Positions 50,810 through 64,000 of a stretch of 64,000 nucleotides of DNA are shown here, in pieces. The stretch is from positions 32,763,383-32,827,382 of the forward strand of contig NC_057720.1 in NCBI RefSeq assembly GCF_004010195.1, given 5' to 3'. The stretch is from Chiloscyllium plagiosum. Taxonomy: Eukaryota. The notes under the pieces were generated by a model. The model was not told the origin of the DNA, did not search any database, and worked only from the letters and a program-made list of their open reading frames with translations. The stretch's first letter is position 1; each line of letters begins with the position of its first letter. A program made the translations under genes and the position numbers.

Positions 50810-52919
50810 ATGTTGGATTTGCCAAAGAGAGAAGCAGAGTACACAAGCATAGCTGCAAAGTTGAACAGCATACATTCAAACAACAATTTGCAGTTACATA
50901 GCACCTTTAACCTAGCAAAAACATCCCAAAGGCACTTAACACTTACCACCTCTAACTTTGCAATAGAAATTGCTTAATCTTTGAATTTCACAATATGAGC
51001 TTGCATTTAAACAAGAAATTGTCTAATTACTACTTTGAATGCAAACATGCAAATTAGGAGCAAGAGTAGGCCATTCAGCCACTTCAGCTGCCTTACCATT
51101 TGATAATGAGCCTTCAAAAAATTGAATCATTTTACAGACTGAAGGCTAGGATAGAGCTAATCTTAATCAAATCACTAAGCACTAAACAAAACATTTATTA
51201 CCTGGGATAGCAGATAAGCCACGAAGTCTCCAGGGCTCACAAGGATTTCTCACGGGACATTTAAAGATGCTCTGCCTTAATGGGATTTGTATGTGAAATA
51301 ATTTCAAAGCAAATGCCAGAGAAGCTCGGCAGTAAACATGTGTCCTTCTATGACCAGGTTCCAGGGTTTTAATTGGTCAGCAGGTGTATTAACATGGCCT
51401 GCAATTGACTGACAACAAATGGCTGAATGTTTATAACAACTGCCACTCAGATTGGTCATTAGACTCTGATGAGTTTACATTAAAAATGATGTATAAGCTA
51501 TTGTTCTTTAAATTTTTATTCACCAGTTGGGTCATAGTTTTGCAGTACACTTGTAAAAACCAATAGGAGTTCCTCAGCCAATACACGCAGAAGGATGTTT
51601 CTAAAATCTGACTGCAACTTGAAATAAAGGTTTTTGTTAAACTAAATCTTAAATATTTGCTAAAGAACCAAACAAATCTTTAAAGCCTTCAATGTAATGG
51701 TTCATTAAAGAACCTTTTGGGGCTTGGTGTCACCAAACTGATCTACTTTTGCACATTTTGGACTGAATCAAGCAAGTCAATTTTCAAACAGGGTGTCAAA
51801 AAAGGTAGGCAAATGAAGTTATCATTTGTTATCAATTTATCAAAGAGACATAATTCACACACCAATTGTTTACCAAGATCATATTGTTCATGTAAACTGC
51901 ACCTCCACCAACCTGTTGAAGGAGCTCATTAACTTCTATGTCACTGAATTTAAGATCAACCATTCAGCTGCTGGGTGAATTCCTTGTGGCCTGTGGACCA
52001 TCGATCCAATCCTCCTTCAAGGATCTCCCTTCCCCCACTCTTACAATAACTCACTAATTTCTCTTACCTCCTCTGCTCATGCCCCAAGCTTATCTTGACC
52101 TTACTACTCAACTAAAGTGCTGTCATCCCCACCCGAAGTAAACTTTCTCATCTGACTTCACTTCTGATTTCCACACTAGATAGTTCCAGAATAGAACACT
52201 ATCTTTACAGCACTATCCCAACCCCTTTCAAATCTTTTAACTAAAACGCAAAGAAAAAATATTCTAGCCCCCTCAATCTTTGCAAACTTGTACTTTGCAA
52301 GTGTAGAGGGATTGAGGACTGTTTAAGAGGCATTGGTGGTTTCAAACAGGAAAAAGAGAGTATCATCAGAGATGGTGAGCAGCAATTTAATTGGTAGCAG
52401 AGTATCAATTGATCATTGTTGCCTTCTGCAGACTGAGAAAGAAAATTAGCAAAAACCCTGTCATTAATGCACATTTAAAACATTTTCTACCTAAAGAAGG
52501 AGATGTCACAGAATTAAGTCATATTGATCATATTAATTGAATTATAGGGTTGTACAGCAAAGAAGTCCGACAACACATTAATTCTACACTGACTCTTTTG
52601 ACAAGCCACCCTGTTAATTCCGCTCCCTGCTTGGTCCTTATATTCCAGTGCTTTTTCTTCTACAAGTACTTATCCAAATTCCCTTCAGAAGGTTACTACT
52701 GAATCTGTTCCATTGTTCTATCAAGACAATGCATTCCAAATCCTGACTGCTTGCAGCGTAGTAAAGTATTTCATGTTGCCTCTGGTTCTTTTGCCAATCG
52801 GAATGTGTCCCCTTTTGTCAAACCTTCAGCCACTGTATCGGTTTATTTTATTATCCCAGAGTAGGGTGTTTAAGTAGTAAGACTGTGCCAACACTGTGTT
52901 TTTGAGCAAAGTGTGTTGT

Positions 52920-55900
52920 ATTTGTTTTTAGGTAATTTCTGGGTCTGTAGATTATTAAACAGCAGCAATGCCTTTTGGTAGGGTGATGTGCTCTTCCTAT
53001 CTGATGTGGGAGATCAGGAATAATCTGAATATTCCTGGAGACTATGTCTTCAGGAAGTATGTTTGGTTGCGAATCCTATCGGATGACATGGGTCAGCTGC
53101 AGCAGCAGTTAAAGGCAATGAGGAGTTTACCACAGCAAGGGAGTGAGATGGATAGCTGTTTCAGGAAGGCGAAGACACCGTAGATACAGTCAGATAGATG
53201 GTTGACCACTAGGAATGGTAGGAGAGGTAGCCAGGTAGTGGACCAAAACAATAATGACAGAAGAGAAAAGGCTGAGACTGGTACACTAAATAAGGGCAGC
53301 AAGTCTAATAGTTAAGGCAGACAAGAACTTGGCAAAGAACAAGGTAAAATTGATAAATAAATGCATTTATTTTAATCAAGAGGCCTGATCAGTAGGGCAG
53401 AGGAACTCAGAGCATGTTTGGGAATTTGGGACTGGGTTATCAGAGCTATTACAGAAACACAATTCAGGGATTGACAGATTAATGTTCCAGGGTATGGATG
53501 CTATAGGAAATTTAGAAAGGGAGGAAAGCGAGCAGTAGGAGTGATGTTTTTAGTTAGGGATAACATTTTGGCTGTGATCTCTTGTGAGATCATTAAGTGA
53601 AGTTATATTGAGTTGAACTGATAAATAAAAAAGGAATAATCACCCTGTATTGCAAGTACCCCAAAAGTCAGTGGGAAATTGAGAAAGAAATGTGTAAGGA
53701 GATCTCAGATATCTGTAAGAATAATGGTAGGGGATTTTAACTTTCCAAGAATACAGTGTTACTATCATTGTGTTAAGGGGTTGAATGGGGACAATTTTTT
53801 TTAAGTGCGTACAAGAAAACTTTCTTATTCAAATTGTGGGAGAAAGAGCAATACTTGATACTTGACCTTCTGTTGGAAAATAAGGCACGGCAAATGACTG
53901 AGGTGTCAGTGGGGGAGCACTTTACTGCCAGTGATTATAATTCTATTAGTTTTAAAATGGCTATGAAAAAGGATAGAACTGATGAAAAAATTAAAGTTCT
54001 AAACTTGAGTAAGGCCAATTTTGATCGAATTGGAAAGGAATTTTCAAAAGTTGATTGGGGGAGGCTATTTGCAGGTAAAGGAATGGTTGGGAAGTGGGGA
54101 CCTTTAAAAGTGAGAGAATGGGAATTCCAGTCAGTGTGAAGGGCAAGGCTGGTAGGTGATTGGAATGCTGGATGATTAAAGAAATTGAGGCTCCGGTCAA
54201 GAAAAAAAGGAGAATATGTCAGGTGTCAACAGCTGATATTGAGTGAATCCCTCGGGGAGCAGATGTGCAGTAGGAGTATACTTAAGAGGGAAATCAGGAG
54301 GGCAAAAAGGGGACATGAGATAGCTTTGGCAAATAGAGCTAAGGAGAATCCAAAGAAATTATATAAATAAAGGGCAAAAGAGTAGCTATGGAGAGAATAA
54401 GGCTCCTTAAAACTCAACATGGCCGTCTATGTGTGGAAACACAGGAGATGAGTGAAATACTAAACAAATATTGTGTGTCTATGGATATGGACATGGAAGC
54501 TAGGGTACTGGGGAAATAAATAGTGATGTCTTGAAAATAGTTCATATGACAGAAGAGAAGGTGCTAAAGGCCTTAAAATGCATAAAGGGAGATAAATACC
54601 TGGAATCTGATCAGGTGCATCCTAGAACTGTGTGGGAAACCGTTGTTGGGCACCTGAGAAATTTATATCACTGACAGCGACAGGTAAGGTACCAGCAGAC
54701 TGTAGGTTGGTTGATATGGTGCTAATAATTAAGAAAGGCTGTGAGAAAAAGCTAGGGAGCAATAGACTAATAAGCCTTATGTCAATGGTGGGCAAGTTGT
54801 TGAAAGGGACTCTGAGGGACAGGATCCATTTGGAAAGGGAAGAACAAATTAAAGATAGTCAACATGGTTTTGTGCAAGGGAAACTGTGTCTCACTAACTT
54901 GACTGACCTTTTTTTTTGAAGAGGTGACAAAGGAGATTGAAGAAGGCAGAGCGGTAGATGTTTGTCGATATGGACTTCAGCAAAGTTTTCAACAAGGCTC
55001 TATATGGTAGACTTGTTAGTAAGATTAGATAACATGGGATCCGGAGAAGCTAGCCAATACAAAGTTAGCTTGAAGGTAGGTGACAGAGGGTGGTGTAAGC
55101 ATTGCTTTTCAGACTGGAGGCCTGTACCAGTGGTGTGCCACAAGGGTCAATGCTGGGTCCACTGATTTTTGTCATTTATATAAATGATTTGGATGTGAAT
55201 ATAGGAGGAATGGCTAGTACATTTGCAGATGACATCAAAATAGATGTGTAGTGAAGAGTGAAGATGCTTATCTCAGAGTAGAATGGGACCTTGATCAGAT
55301 AGGCCAATGGCTGAGGATGGCAGATGGAATTTAATTTAGATCCATGTGAAGTGTAAGGCAAACAAGGCCAGGACTCATACAATTAATAGTTGTGCCCTGA
55401 GGAGTATTGGCAAACAGAGACCTAAGGGTGCAGGCGCACAGTTCCTTCAAAGTAGAGTCTCAGGTAGACTGGATGGTGAAGAAGGCTGGGAGAAAGTGAG
55501 GACTGCAGATGCTGGAGATCAGAGTCGAAGAGTGTGGTGCTGGGAAAGCACAGCTGGTCAGGCAACATCCAAGGAGCAGAAGAATCAATTCTTTGGGGAC
55601 GAAGTCATTTGGCATACTTGTCTTTTTTGGTTAGAACTTTGAGAATGAAAATTGGGACATCATGTTGCAGCTGTACATCGGTAAGGCAACTTTTAGAATA
55701 CTGCATACAATTCTGGTTGCCTATGAGAAGGATGCTGTGAAACTTCAGGGTGCAGAAAAGATCTACAAGAATGTTGTTGGAGTTGGAGAATTGGAGTTAT
55801 AGAAAAGAAGCTGGATAGACTGGGCTTTTTTTCTTGGAGTATCAGATGCTGAGTCTTAGAGGTTCATAAAATTGTGAGGACCATGGATAGGCTGAATAGC

Positions 55901-56003
55901 CAAGATCTATTTCCTCAGGTGGGGGTGCCCAAAACCAGAGGATATAGATTTAAGGTGAGAGGGGAAAGATTTGAAAAAGGGCCTGAGGGGTTACTTTTTC
56001 ACG
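52920..56003 (+). mobile_element. Older, long CR1 LINE (endonuclease and RT remnants)
   Basis: Remnants GDFNFP, ILDLLL, SDYNSI.F, KANFD, QHGFVQGK.CLTNL, FADDIK; many frameshifts. Confidence 0.85.
55488..55590 (-). mobile_element. Penelope-derived mini-insert within CR1
   Basis: GAGAAAGTGAGGACTGCAGATGCTGGAGATCAGAG terminus shared with 16348; degenerate TSD TGGTGAAGAAGGC / TGGGGACGAAGTC. Confidence 0.7.
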
Positions 56004-56744
56004 CATCATTCACTCAGCTCAAGGAAGGAGTATGGCGTTACTATTGGCCCAGTGTATCTGGGTTAGTCAGGCCAAAAGATTTGGTCAGTGTTTCAGCTTC
56101 ACAAGAACAATTCAGGGAACTACAATGTACAAGTGAAGGACAGGATTGGATTCAGCTGTCATGTTTGCCCCAGTGTTCAAACAGCCTTCCTCAATATGTT
56201 GGCTCATATAGAAAATCTTCAATGAGATGTTGGCTGCATTCTTGGAACTACAACCAGAACATAAGCTCTTAAGTGTGAATAACAAGAGAACAATAATTAA
56301 AGCCTCAGCTTGACTTACTCATGTCTCAGCTAGGATGTTGTGGGATTCAGTGCCTCACATTTCTGGCATTCTATTCAACCCAGAGCTAAGCTTCGAATCC
56401 CATATTTCTCCAGCTCAAAGACCAGCTTCTCTACCTCTGTAATAACAAAAGATCCTACCACAACCAATCTTTTGCTGAAACCATATTCATTCCTTTATCA
56501 CCTTCAAATTGAGTATTTCTTGTTCACCCAGCAAGTGTCATGTTCTCTATAATCTATAGCTGTCCACATCTTACATACTCATAGTCCCTACACTCAATGA
56601 TCTACATGGCCTCCAGGAAATCATTCACAACCTAAAAATAAGCAAACAATTTCCTTAAACTTACAATCAGCAGATCAATTCATGGCATTCCCTCTCTAGT
56701 CCAATAACAGAAAACCTCCCTCCAAACCAAAGTACCATTCCTTT

Positions 56745-57030
56745 TAGATGCATAGAAGTAAGGTGACAGAAGGGAAGGAACATTAGGTTTAGAGGGGATT
56801 TGAGGAAAACGTTTTCATCCAAAAGCTGGTGGGAATTTGGAATTCACTGTCCGTAAGGATGGTAGAGGCAGAAACCCTCATAACATTTATAAATTATTTA
56901 GATGTACACTTGCAATGCCAAGGGATGTAAGATAAGTGCTGGGAAATGTGATTAGAGTAGTTAGGTGGTTGTTTTTGATCGGTGCAGACTTGATGGGCTA
57001 AAGGACCTTTTTCTGTGCTGTTGACCTCAA
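56745..57030 (+). mobile_element. Older CR1 3' end
   Basis: WNSL..VEAETL..F..LD-type tail. Confidence 0.65.
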
Positions 57031-57371
57031 TCATTTTCCGTATATCCACAAAACCAGTTATATGTTCAGCCAAAGGTTCATGATCCAGAATTCCTTCCCC
57101 AAACTCATCTTGTCCAACTACCTCTGTGCTTACAAGACCTTATTTAAAATTCACTCTTTGACCTAAGGTTACCATTGGTAATATTTTCTCCTTTGTCCCA
57201 GCGTCCACTAATGTTGAGTTGTATCTTTGTCAATGTTTGGGATGTTTCTCTATATTATAGTTGCTTTTTATTTGCAAGCTCTTAATGCTACATATCCATA
57301 CAAATACATACATATCATACTCATTACTGTTACGTTAAATTAATATTGCACGATAGCATTTTAAAAGTTAC

Positions 57372-57532
57372 CTGTTACATGGCCTGTAATCATAGCCAAA
57401 AATCTGGTGCTGTTTCTGAAGCCTTTCGGGTGTTTCCACTGGCACAAGTCGCTCGCCACCTTCAGGCTGCTTACACAGAAGAATCCAGCCTTCTGTTTCT
57501 TGACAATTGTTATTGTATTCTTGTAACTGCTC
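57372..57532 (-). CDS. HECTD3: HECTD3 exon 2 (161 nt)
   Basis: tttag|GAG...AG|gtaact; translates EQLQEYNNNCQETEGWILLCKQPEGGERLVPVETPERLQKQHQIFGYDYRPCNR, matching the recalled human HECTD3 EQLAEH..EGWLLVCRPAEGGARLVP..FGVDYRP. Confidence 0.93.
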
Positions 57533-58732
57533 CTAAAGCATCAGTGAGACATTGAGAGATCATATAATTGATCCATCATATAAAAACATAACATTACAAT
57601 TCCAAAACTAAGGATTGCAATCAATACAGTGAATACCTCTGCCACACTTTGTCAACTCAAGGTCATTATAATTATGTAGCACATGCTCTAGGCCTTTCCC
57701 TGACATGTATTTATCTTTTCAGTTAAGATCTATCCTACAGAGGAGGTTTCAGGTCATTCACATCCACCAACCTGTTCTGAAAACATTGCTTATACTTTGA
57801 CAGCTGCAATATTCTAAAACAACATTGTAAATAAAACAACCTGCAACATTCTAAACAAGAGAGAGTCAATTTGCCCCGTAACTTAATATCAATGGATTCT
57901 TTAAAAATTTTCAGGATTGAAATCCTCACCAAATACTATTCAGATCTTCTCTGAGCCATAGTTCAAATCTGTCACTCAAATCCATCCATTAGATTTGGGA
58001 TATAAAAACATATGAAAAATGAATAGAAGTAGACAAAATGGCCCTTGAGCCTGTTTTGCCATTTCGTAAGATCACAGCTATTCTACTTGCATTTTGAATC
58101 CCACTTACCATTGATAATTTTGATTTCCATGTCTAATAAGAATCTATCATTCTGAAGAATCATAACTGACTCAAAACTTTAACTTTATTTCTCTCTCCAT
58201 AGATGCTGCCAGACATGCTGAATTTCAACAGCATTTTATCTCCAAAATTCTAATTTTCAGCAACTGTAGTACTTTGCTTTTATATAAATTAAGCAATTTT
58301 TAAAACATTCGCGTGTGCTATACTACAGTTCGATATTGTTGGTACTTAATGATATAGCTTCTTGCTCTACTCAATAAGTACACTTATTTAAAGACTTGTG
58401 GCTCACTATAGAAGTGCACCACTAAGCTAATACCTTAACACTGTAAATGCAATGATCACACTAACCATTACTTGCTTTGTATACAATTCATTTTTGAAAT
58501 GACTCAGCACTACAGAAAAGGTTCGATGAGAGGTGCTGGTATCATCATTATGCTTTACCAAAATCTGTCATCTATCGGTGACTTTGGTGAGCCAACACAA
58601 CAGAAATGTTTTTACCTCACTCACTGATTTACTGTTCAACACTTCAAACAAAGTCCAGCACACTACTAAAGCCATTTACAAATGAAACAATCATAAAATG
58701 CAAATGAAGCTACACTATGAAATGTACAATAG

Positions 58733-59232
58733 NNNNNNNNNNNNNNNNNNNNNNNNNNNNNNNNNNNNNNNNNNNNNNNNNNNNNNNNNNNNNNNNNNNN
58801 NNNNNNNNNNNNNNNNNNNNNNNNNNNNNNNNNNNNNNNNNNNNNNNNNNNNNNNNNNNNNNNNNNNNNNNNNNNNNNNNNNNNNNNNNNNNNNNNNNNN
58901 NNNNNNNNNNNNNNNNNNNNNNNNNNNNNNNNNNNNNNNNNNNNNNNNNNNNNNNNNNNNNNNNNNNNNNNNNNNNNNNNNNNNNNNNNNNNNNNNNNNN
59001 NNNNNNNNNNNNNNNNNNNNNNNNNNNNNNNNNNNNNNNNNNNNNNNNNNNNNNNNNNNNNNNNNNNNNNNNNNNNNNNNNNNNNNNNNNNNNNNNNNNN
59101 NNNNNNNNNNNNNNNNNNNNNNNNNNNNNNNNNNNNNNNNNNNNNNNNNNNNNNNNNNNNNNNNNNNNNNNNNNNNNNNNNNNNNNNNNNNNNNNNNNNN
59201 NNNNNNNNNNNNNNNNNNNNNNNNNNNNNNNN
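58733..59232. other. Assembly gap (N run)
   Basis: Run of N; other gaps at 3562-3766, 11355-11372 and 61699-61707. Confidence 0.99.
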
Positions 59233-59599
59233 GATAAGAAAAAGAATACAAGATGAGAATTCTTCAATGCAGGGAGAATTTAGGGTGTTGTAATACTAGC
59301 ATGTTTTGCAAACTGTCTGAATAAATGATTTTGGGAATTACATTGTTGAAGTTACTCTGTATTTAAGTAATAATAAGGCCACTCTTTAAGAGTACTTTTT
59401 TAAACAAACTAAATTACTTTGGATTAGCTAAGCCAAATTGTTGTACACCTCAGCGGCATTCAGCATAGGATGTTGCAAATTATTTGTTCACAGTAGATTA
59501 CATTTGAACTTTTCTGTCACCATATCCTTTGTATTCAATTCTGCATTCTTTTCCACCATGTTCAGCTGTTTGTCCTTTGCAGGATGTAGTTTCCTTCAT

Positions 59600-59840
59600 G
59601 CTTTAACGTGAGGTAATTTTGCTATATGCCAATGCCACTGCTAGGGCATCTTGTCGGTAATGGCTGAACAGAAATCCCTCCCCCTCCTGCGAGGGACACA
59701 TTGGATGGAATAACAGATTCATTCTTAATCTGCCACACCATGGCGATCACATGACCAACAGGTCTGGCGGCAGAATTTCCGCCTGGAACATCTGGCTTAC
59801 AGGCAGGTGCCCCACCTATTGAGCCATAAGACCTCCATGC
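59600..59840 (-). mobile_element. Degenerate tRNA-derived SINE
   Basis: Minus strand GGAGGTCTTATGGCTCAATAGGT (A-box-like) followed by a degenerate B box. Confidence 0.4.
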
Positions 59841-61123
59841 CTTTTTAATAAATTTAACTTTTGACATCTTCTTCTTATCTAAAGATTTAACTGTGTGACA
59901 GTTTTTTTCTTTTTCAATACTTCAGTGTTGAGTAGCTGAAGTACATGAAACCCCGGAAGGACCATGCTCTATTCCATTTCCTTGCTGAGTTAGCTAAACA
60001 GGGATTGTAAAGCTACAATTACTGTGCTGTCTCTGGGTTGAGCTGTGGAAATAAGCTATCCCTGAACAATGGGAGGTCTGGCAAGGAGAGGATGAGACTT
60101 GGTTGTGAAGGACCTGGGGTCAACAGCCATACCGTTCTCCCCATTAATGCTTATGCATGACTAACTGCCATGTGGAGCAAATAGCTTTGGGCTGTGGTGC
60201 TCGTGGAATCATTTCTCAGCAAAGAGACAATGACTTTAGGAAAACAGAAAATGAGCAAATTGTAAAAACAGAATAGTTCTAATGCTGTACTATTAACGTA
60301 TACGCATGTGGTTGATTAGAGCTGGGTGATCGATCATGCTGTTAACTTCATTAGGGAAAATATTTGAATCAGTACTGTTGAACTTGATTGCAGAGAAAAG
60401 CTGATTTAACATGAACAGAGAGGTCATAAACTTATTACCATTTACTTGAGTCGGCTAGATTTAAAATTTTCTAATGACACTGAAACAAGCAATGCAATAA
60501 TTGTAAAGTTGCTCAGATGCTAAAAGTAATTTTTAATTTTATCATGTACACTTTAGAAGATAAAAAAATTCTGCTCAGCTTGACTCTTCACCTCTCATTC
60601 TCCTTTCTCTCCTTGATACTTAAATCTGACTAAAGATGGAATTTTTGTTTCTCAACTAATCTAATCATATCTGCTGAAATTTCCCCTTTTTTCATTTTTT
60701 ATAATTGTCAAACTATTTATTTCATGGAAGCAAGACGTATGGATGTATGAAATAATAATAGAAAAAAGCTCTTCATATAAATCATAAAAAATAGTGATTT
60801 GATTATCTCTTCCTTCACCATCCCACAGCATCTTGCTACTTAGCCAAGCTTAAGTAATGCATTCCAAAATATTTTCTTCCTGGTTGACCTCTTACAGGCC
60901 TAAACTTCAAATCAATTTTCTATTCTTTTGTTACCTCCTCGATTATTTTTCTCTAATGCCATCCTCATAACCTTTCCACCCATCACCCTCAAAAAAAAAG
61001 GAAACTCCACCTTGCCAAAAATGCAACTTATAACACCTTGTTTTTTCTTTTAAGAGCCTCACTTGGCTATATTTTCACTGTCCTCCATTGATTCTCAGTC
61101 CCTCAGTGAGCTTGTCCCAGTAG

Positions 61124-61756
61124 GCAAAAATGAGGACTGCAGATGCTGGAGATCAGAGTCAAGATTAGAGTGGTGCTGGAAAAGCACAGCAGGTCAGGCA
61201 GCATCCGAGAAGCAGGAAAATCGACGTTTCAGGCAAAATCCCTTCATCAGGAATGAGGCAGGGAGTCCCAGGGGTGGAGAGGTAAATGGGAGGGAGTGTG
61301 GGGCTGGGGAGAAAGTAGCTAAGAGTGCAATAGGTGGATGGAGGTGGGATGAAGGTGACTAGGTCAGAGAGAAGGGTAGAGCGGATAGGTGAGAAGGAAG
61401 ATTGGCAGGTAGGACAGGTCATGAGGATGGTGCTGAGCTGGCAGGTTGGAATTGGGGTAAGGTGGGGGAGGGGAAATGAGAAAACTGGTAAAGTCCACAT
61501 TGATGCCCTGGGGTTGAAGTGTGCCGAGGCAGAAGATGATCTCTGGGATACCTGCACCAATCAACCCCGCCACCCTGTGACCGAACATTTCAAGCCCCCC
61601 ACTCTGCTGAGGACATACAGGTCCAGGGCCTCCTCCACCGCCACTTCCTCACCATCTGACGCCTGGAGGAAGAACGCCTCATCTTCTGCTCCACCCTCNN
61701 NNNNNNNATTTTCAGATGCTGCCTGACTTGCTGTGCTTTTCCAGCACCACTCTAAT
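61124..61756. mobile_element. Penelope-like element with 5' inversion
   Basis: 13-bp TSD CTTGT(C/T)CCAGTAG at 61111-61123 and 61757-61769; minus-strand hammerhead CTGATGAAGGGATTTTGCCTGAAACGTC (~61223-61250) and IIFCLGTLQPQGINVDF; plus-strand HPVTEHF remnant. Confidence 0.8.
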
Positions 61757-62144
61757 CTTGTTCCAGTAGTCCTAAACTCCAAGACCTTTTATCAGCTCAT
61801 GTCTCTGTCTTCAACTCACACTCCACGTTGGTTGCTCAGGGCTGCTGTTTGGAATTCATTTGCATTTGACTATTCATTCTACTGCACTTTCTGTGAGACA
61901 CAGACCCACAATTTAATTCCTTTGGGTGAAGAAATTTTCCTAACCTTTTCTCCAAATTTCTGTCCTCTTTTGATTTATCATTCCTTGTTCTTAAGTCTTC
62001 CAAACCTGGTCAAATTGTTTCTTTCTACCCACCCTATAAATTTATTTTTAACAACTCCTAAAACCTCTATCAAGTCACTCCCTTAAACATCTGCATTCTA
62101 CTGAATGCAAGCCAAGTGAATGTGTTTTCTCCATGTAGTTTAAA

Positions 62145-62545
62145 CAATCAAATCCTACCTCTGGGCTGAACATCAAAAAAATCAAGGTCAGCACTCCAGC
62201 AGAGAACCTCAGGACTAATACTGTTGTAGATGATGTATTTCAAATGAGACATTAAAATCCCTACTCGCCAGCTACACTCGACTTCAAAATGGTACCGTGA
62301 GATTTTTATAAGGAGAGCAGGGAAGTTGTCCCTGGTGTTCTAGCCAATATCTATTGTTCAATTGACATCACAAAAAATAGATTATCTTGTTATTATCACA
62401 TTGCTGTTTATGGGAGTTTTCTATGTGCAAATTGACTATCACATTTTTCATATTTCAAGAATGACTGCAATTCAAAACTATTTAATTTGCTGTTGTGCAC
62501 TTTGAGACTCCAGTGGTTGTGAAAAGCTTGACATAAATGCTATAG
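62145..62545 (+). mobile_element. Deu-domain SINE (SacSINE1-like)
   Basis: GAGACATTAAA..GAGCAGGGAAGTTGTCCCTGGTGTTCTAGCCAATAT..ATCACATTGCTGTTTATGGGA matches the recalled DeuSINE core and 3' part. Confidence 0.65.
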
Positions 62546-63152
62546 TTTCCAAGGGGATCATATAACATTCGAGTGAATCTGGCCACAAGGTCAGTCGTTC
62601 TATGATTTTGAAATGTACGCAATACTCAAACCTCATCAGGTCTTTGTGAAGCTGTAGCAAAGTATCTCCCCTTAACAGAACATTGGAGAAGCTCAGCAAG
62701 TCTGGCAGCATTTATAGAGGAAGAGAAAAACAAAGCTAACTTTTCAGTGTGGTATGACCCTTCTTCAAAACTGAAGTATTGGAAAATACTTTTTTCTGAC
62801 TATACTTTTTGACAGAGGCAGAGGAGGAGCAAGTGGGTAGATGGTATAGAAGCCCAGCAGGAAAAAAAAGTTTGTTAATAATGGGGAAAGAGAACAGTAC
62901 ATTAAAAGGGTGTAACTTCAGGTGTTATTTAGAGAAAATTAGTCCTTGCTACGAAGTGCAAAGTAAACTTGATGCATAACACACCAGTGGGGGAAATGGG
63001 TTGGGGTGAAGAGAATGTAAGAAATTTAGGGGGCATTCATAAATAAAGTGATCAGTTCCCGAAGTTGAATTCAGTATTCGTCTTTTGAGGCTGAAAAATG
63101 TCTAAATGGAAAACAAGGTGTTATTCCTTGAGCTTGTTATGCTTCATTGAGT

Positions 63153-63354
63153 GAAAACAAATTACTGTGGATGCTGGAATTTGAAACCAAAAGAGAAAAT
63201 GCTGGAAAATCTCAGCAGGTCTGGCAGCATCTGTAAGGAGAGAAAAGAGCTGACGTTTTGAGTCTAACTGACCCTTTGACAAAGGGTCAGTTGGTCTCGA
63301 AACGTCAGCTCTTTTCTCTCCTTACAGATGCTGCCAGATCTGCTGAGATTTTCC
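63153..63354. mobile_element. Palindromic Penelope-derived mini-element (third family)
   Basis: 75-nt inverted arms 63204-63278 and 63280-63354; perfect 14-bp TSD ATGCTTCATTGAGT at 63139-63152 and 63355-63368; variant core TTGACAAAGGGTC..CTCGAAACGTC. Confidence 0.85.
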
Positions 63355-64000
63355 ATGCTTCATTGAGTCATTGCAGCAGTCCAGGACAGAAATGTTTGAA
63401 TGAGAGCAAAGTGATTTATTGAAATGGCAAGAAGCTGGGAGACTGGGGTCATTTCTACCGACAGAAACTTCCCCTTAATGTTCTTGTCTTTGATTGTAAA
63501 GGTTAATATTCCATTAGGTTTTTTTTTGTACCTGACTGCCATATTTTGGTGATCAGTGTGCACTCATTCCCAAGTATGTTCAAACTGGTAGTGTACTCAA
63601 ATTTAATTCCTGGTTCAAAATAGATACCATCCGTTACAGCAAGCTAGTTCCCTACTGTGAATGCTAATTATTTATACATTTTTGAACACTTTGTTTGGAA
63701 AAATGAACAAAGGAACTTCTGAATTATTTGCATTGTAAGTTTTTTTTTGAAGGACATGATGTTTGCTCTTTAAAACTGCAATGAGGAATAAATTTATGTC
63801 TTGTATCATATGATAATTATGCAGTTGTGTTGCTACTTTTTGTGAATTTGCACAGATATTTGTATTGTATTGCTGTCAATTATTTTTATTGCTGTATTAC
63901 AGAAGATACTGTTGATACAATAAGATTACATAATGTCGGAATCATTGGGTGAGAGCAGAAAGATTGCTTTTCGCACGAAAGGTGATTTTGATATTTTGAG

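Noticed and set aside
58698..59267. Long ORFs in the ORF track
   Set aside because: Artefacts of reading through N runs; the same applies to 3354-3926.

Overview
Eukaryotic genomic DNA, most likely from a cartilaginous fish (inferred from the HE1/Deu-type SINEs and the CR1 and Penelope repeat landscape). The whole window lies inside one minus-strand gene, the HECT E3 ubiquitin ligase HECTD3. I traced 19 consecutive GT-AG coding exons by hand (exons 2-20 by human numbering, 57532 down to 7021; 2132 nt, phases consistent). They cover the DOC/APC10 domain and the HECT domain with its catalytic Cys. Exon 1 and the last exon were not found and probably lie outside the window. The introns are filled with retroelements: CR1, L1, Tx1, RTE, Rex1/Babar, Penelope, tRNA-derived SINEs and a solo LTR. 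Three things stand out. (1) A solo LTR (TG..CA, 5-bp TSD AGAAT) whose TATA box carries about 8-9 head-to-tail inserts, mostly poly(A)-tailed and several Tx1-like, most preceded by a copy of the motif ATAAACAGGGGAT; this suggests sequence-specific targeting of an LTR promoter. (2) Dispersed short, often palindromic Penelope-derived inserts, most with 13-16 bp TSDs, that break right at minimal hammerhead ribozyme cores. (3) A 1.7-kb L1 with both termini whose ORF1/ORF2 junction looks like a splice junction. All calls come from reading the sequence and from recalled family knowledge; no database searches were run.
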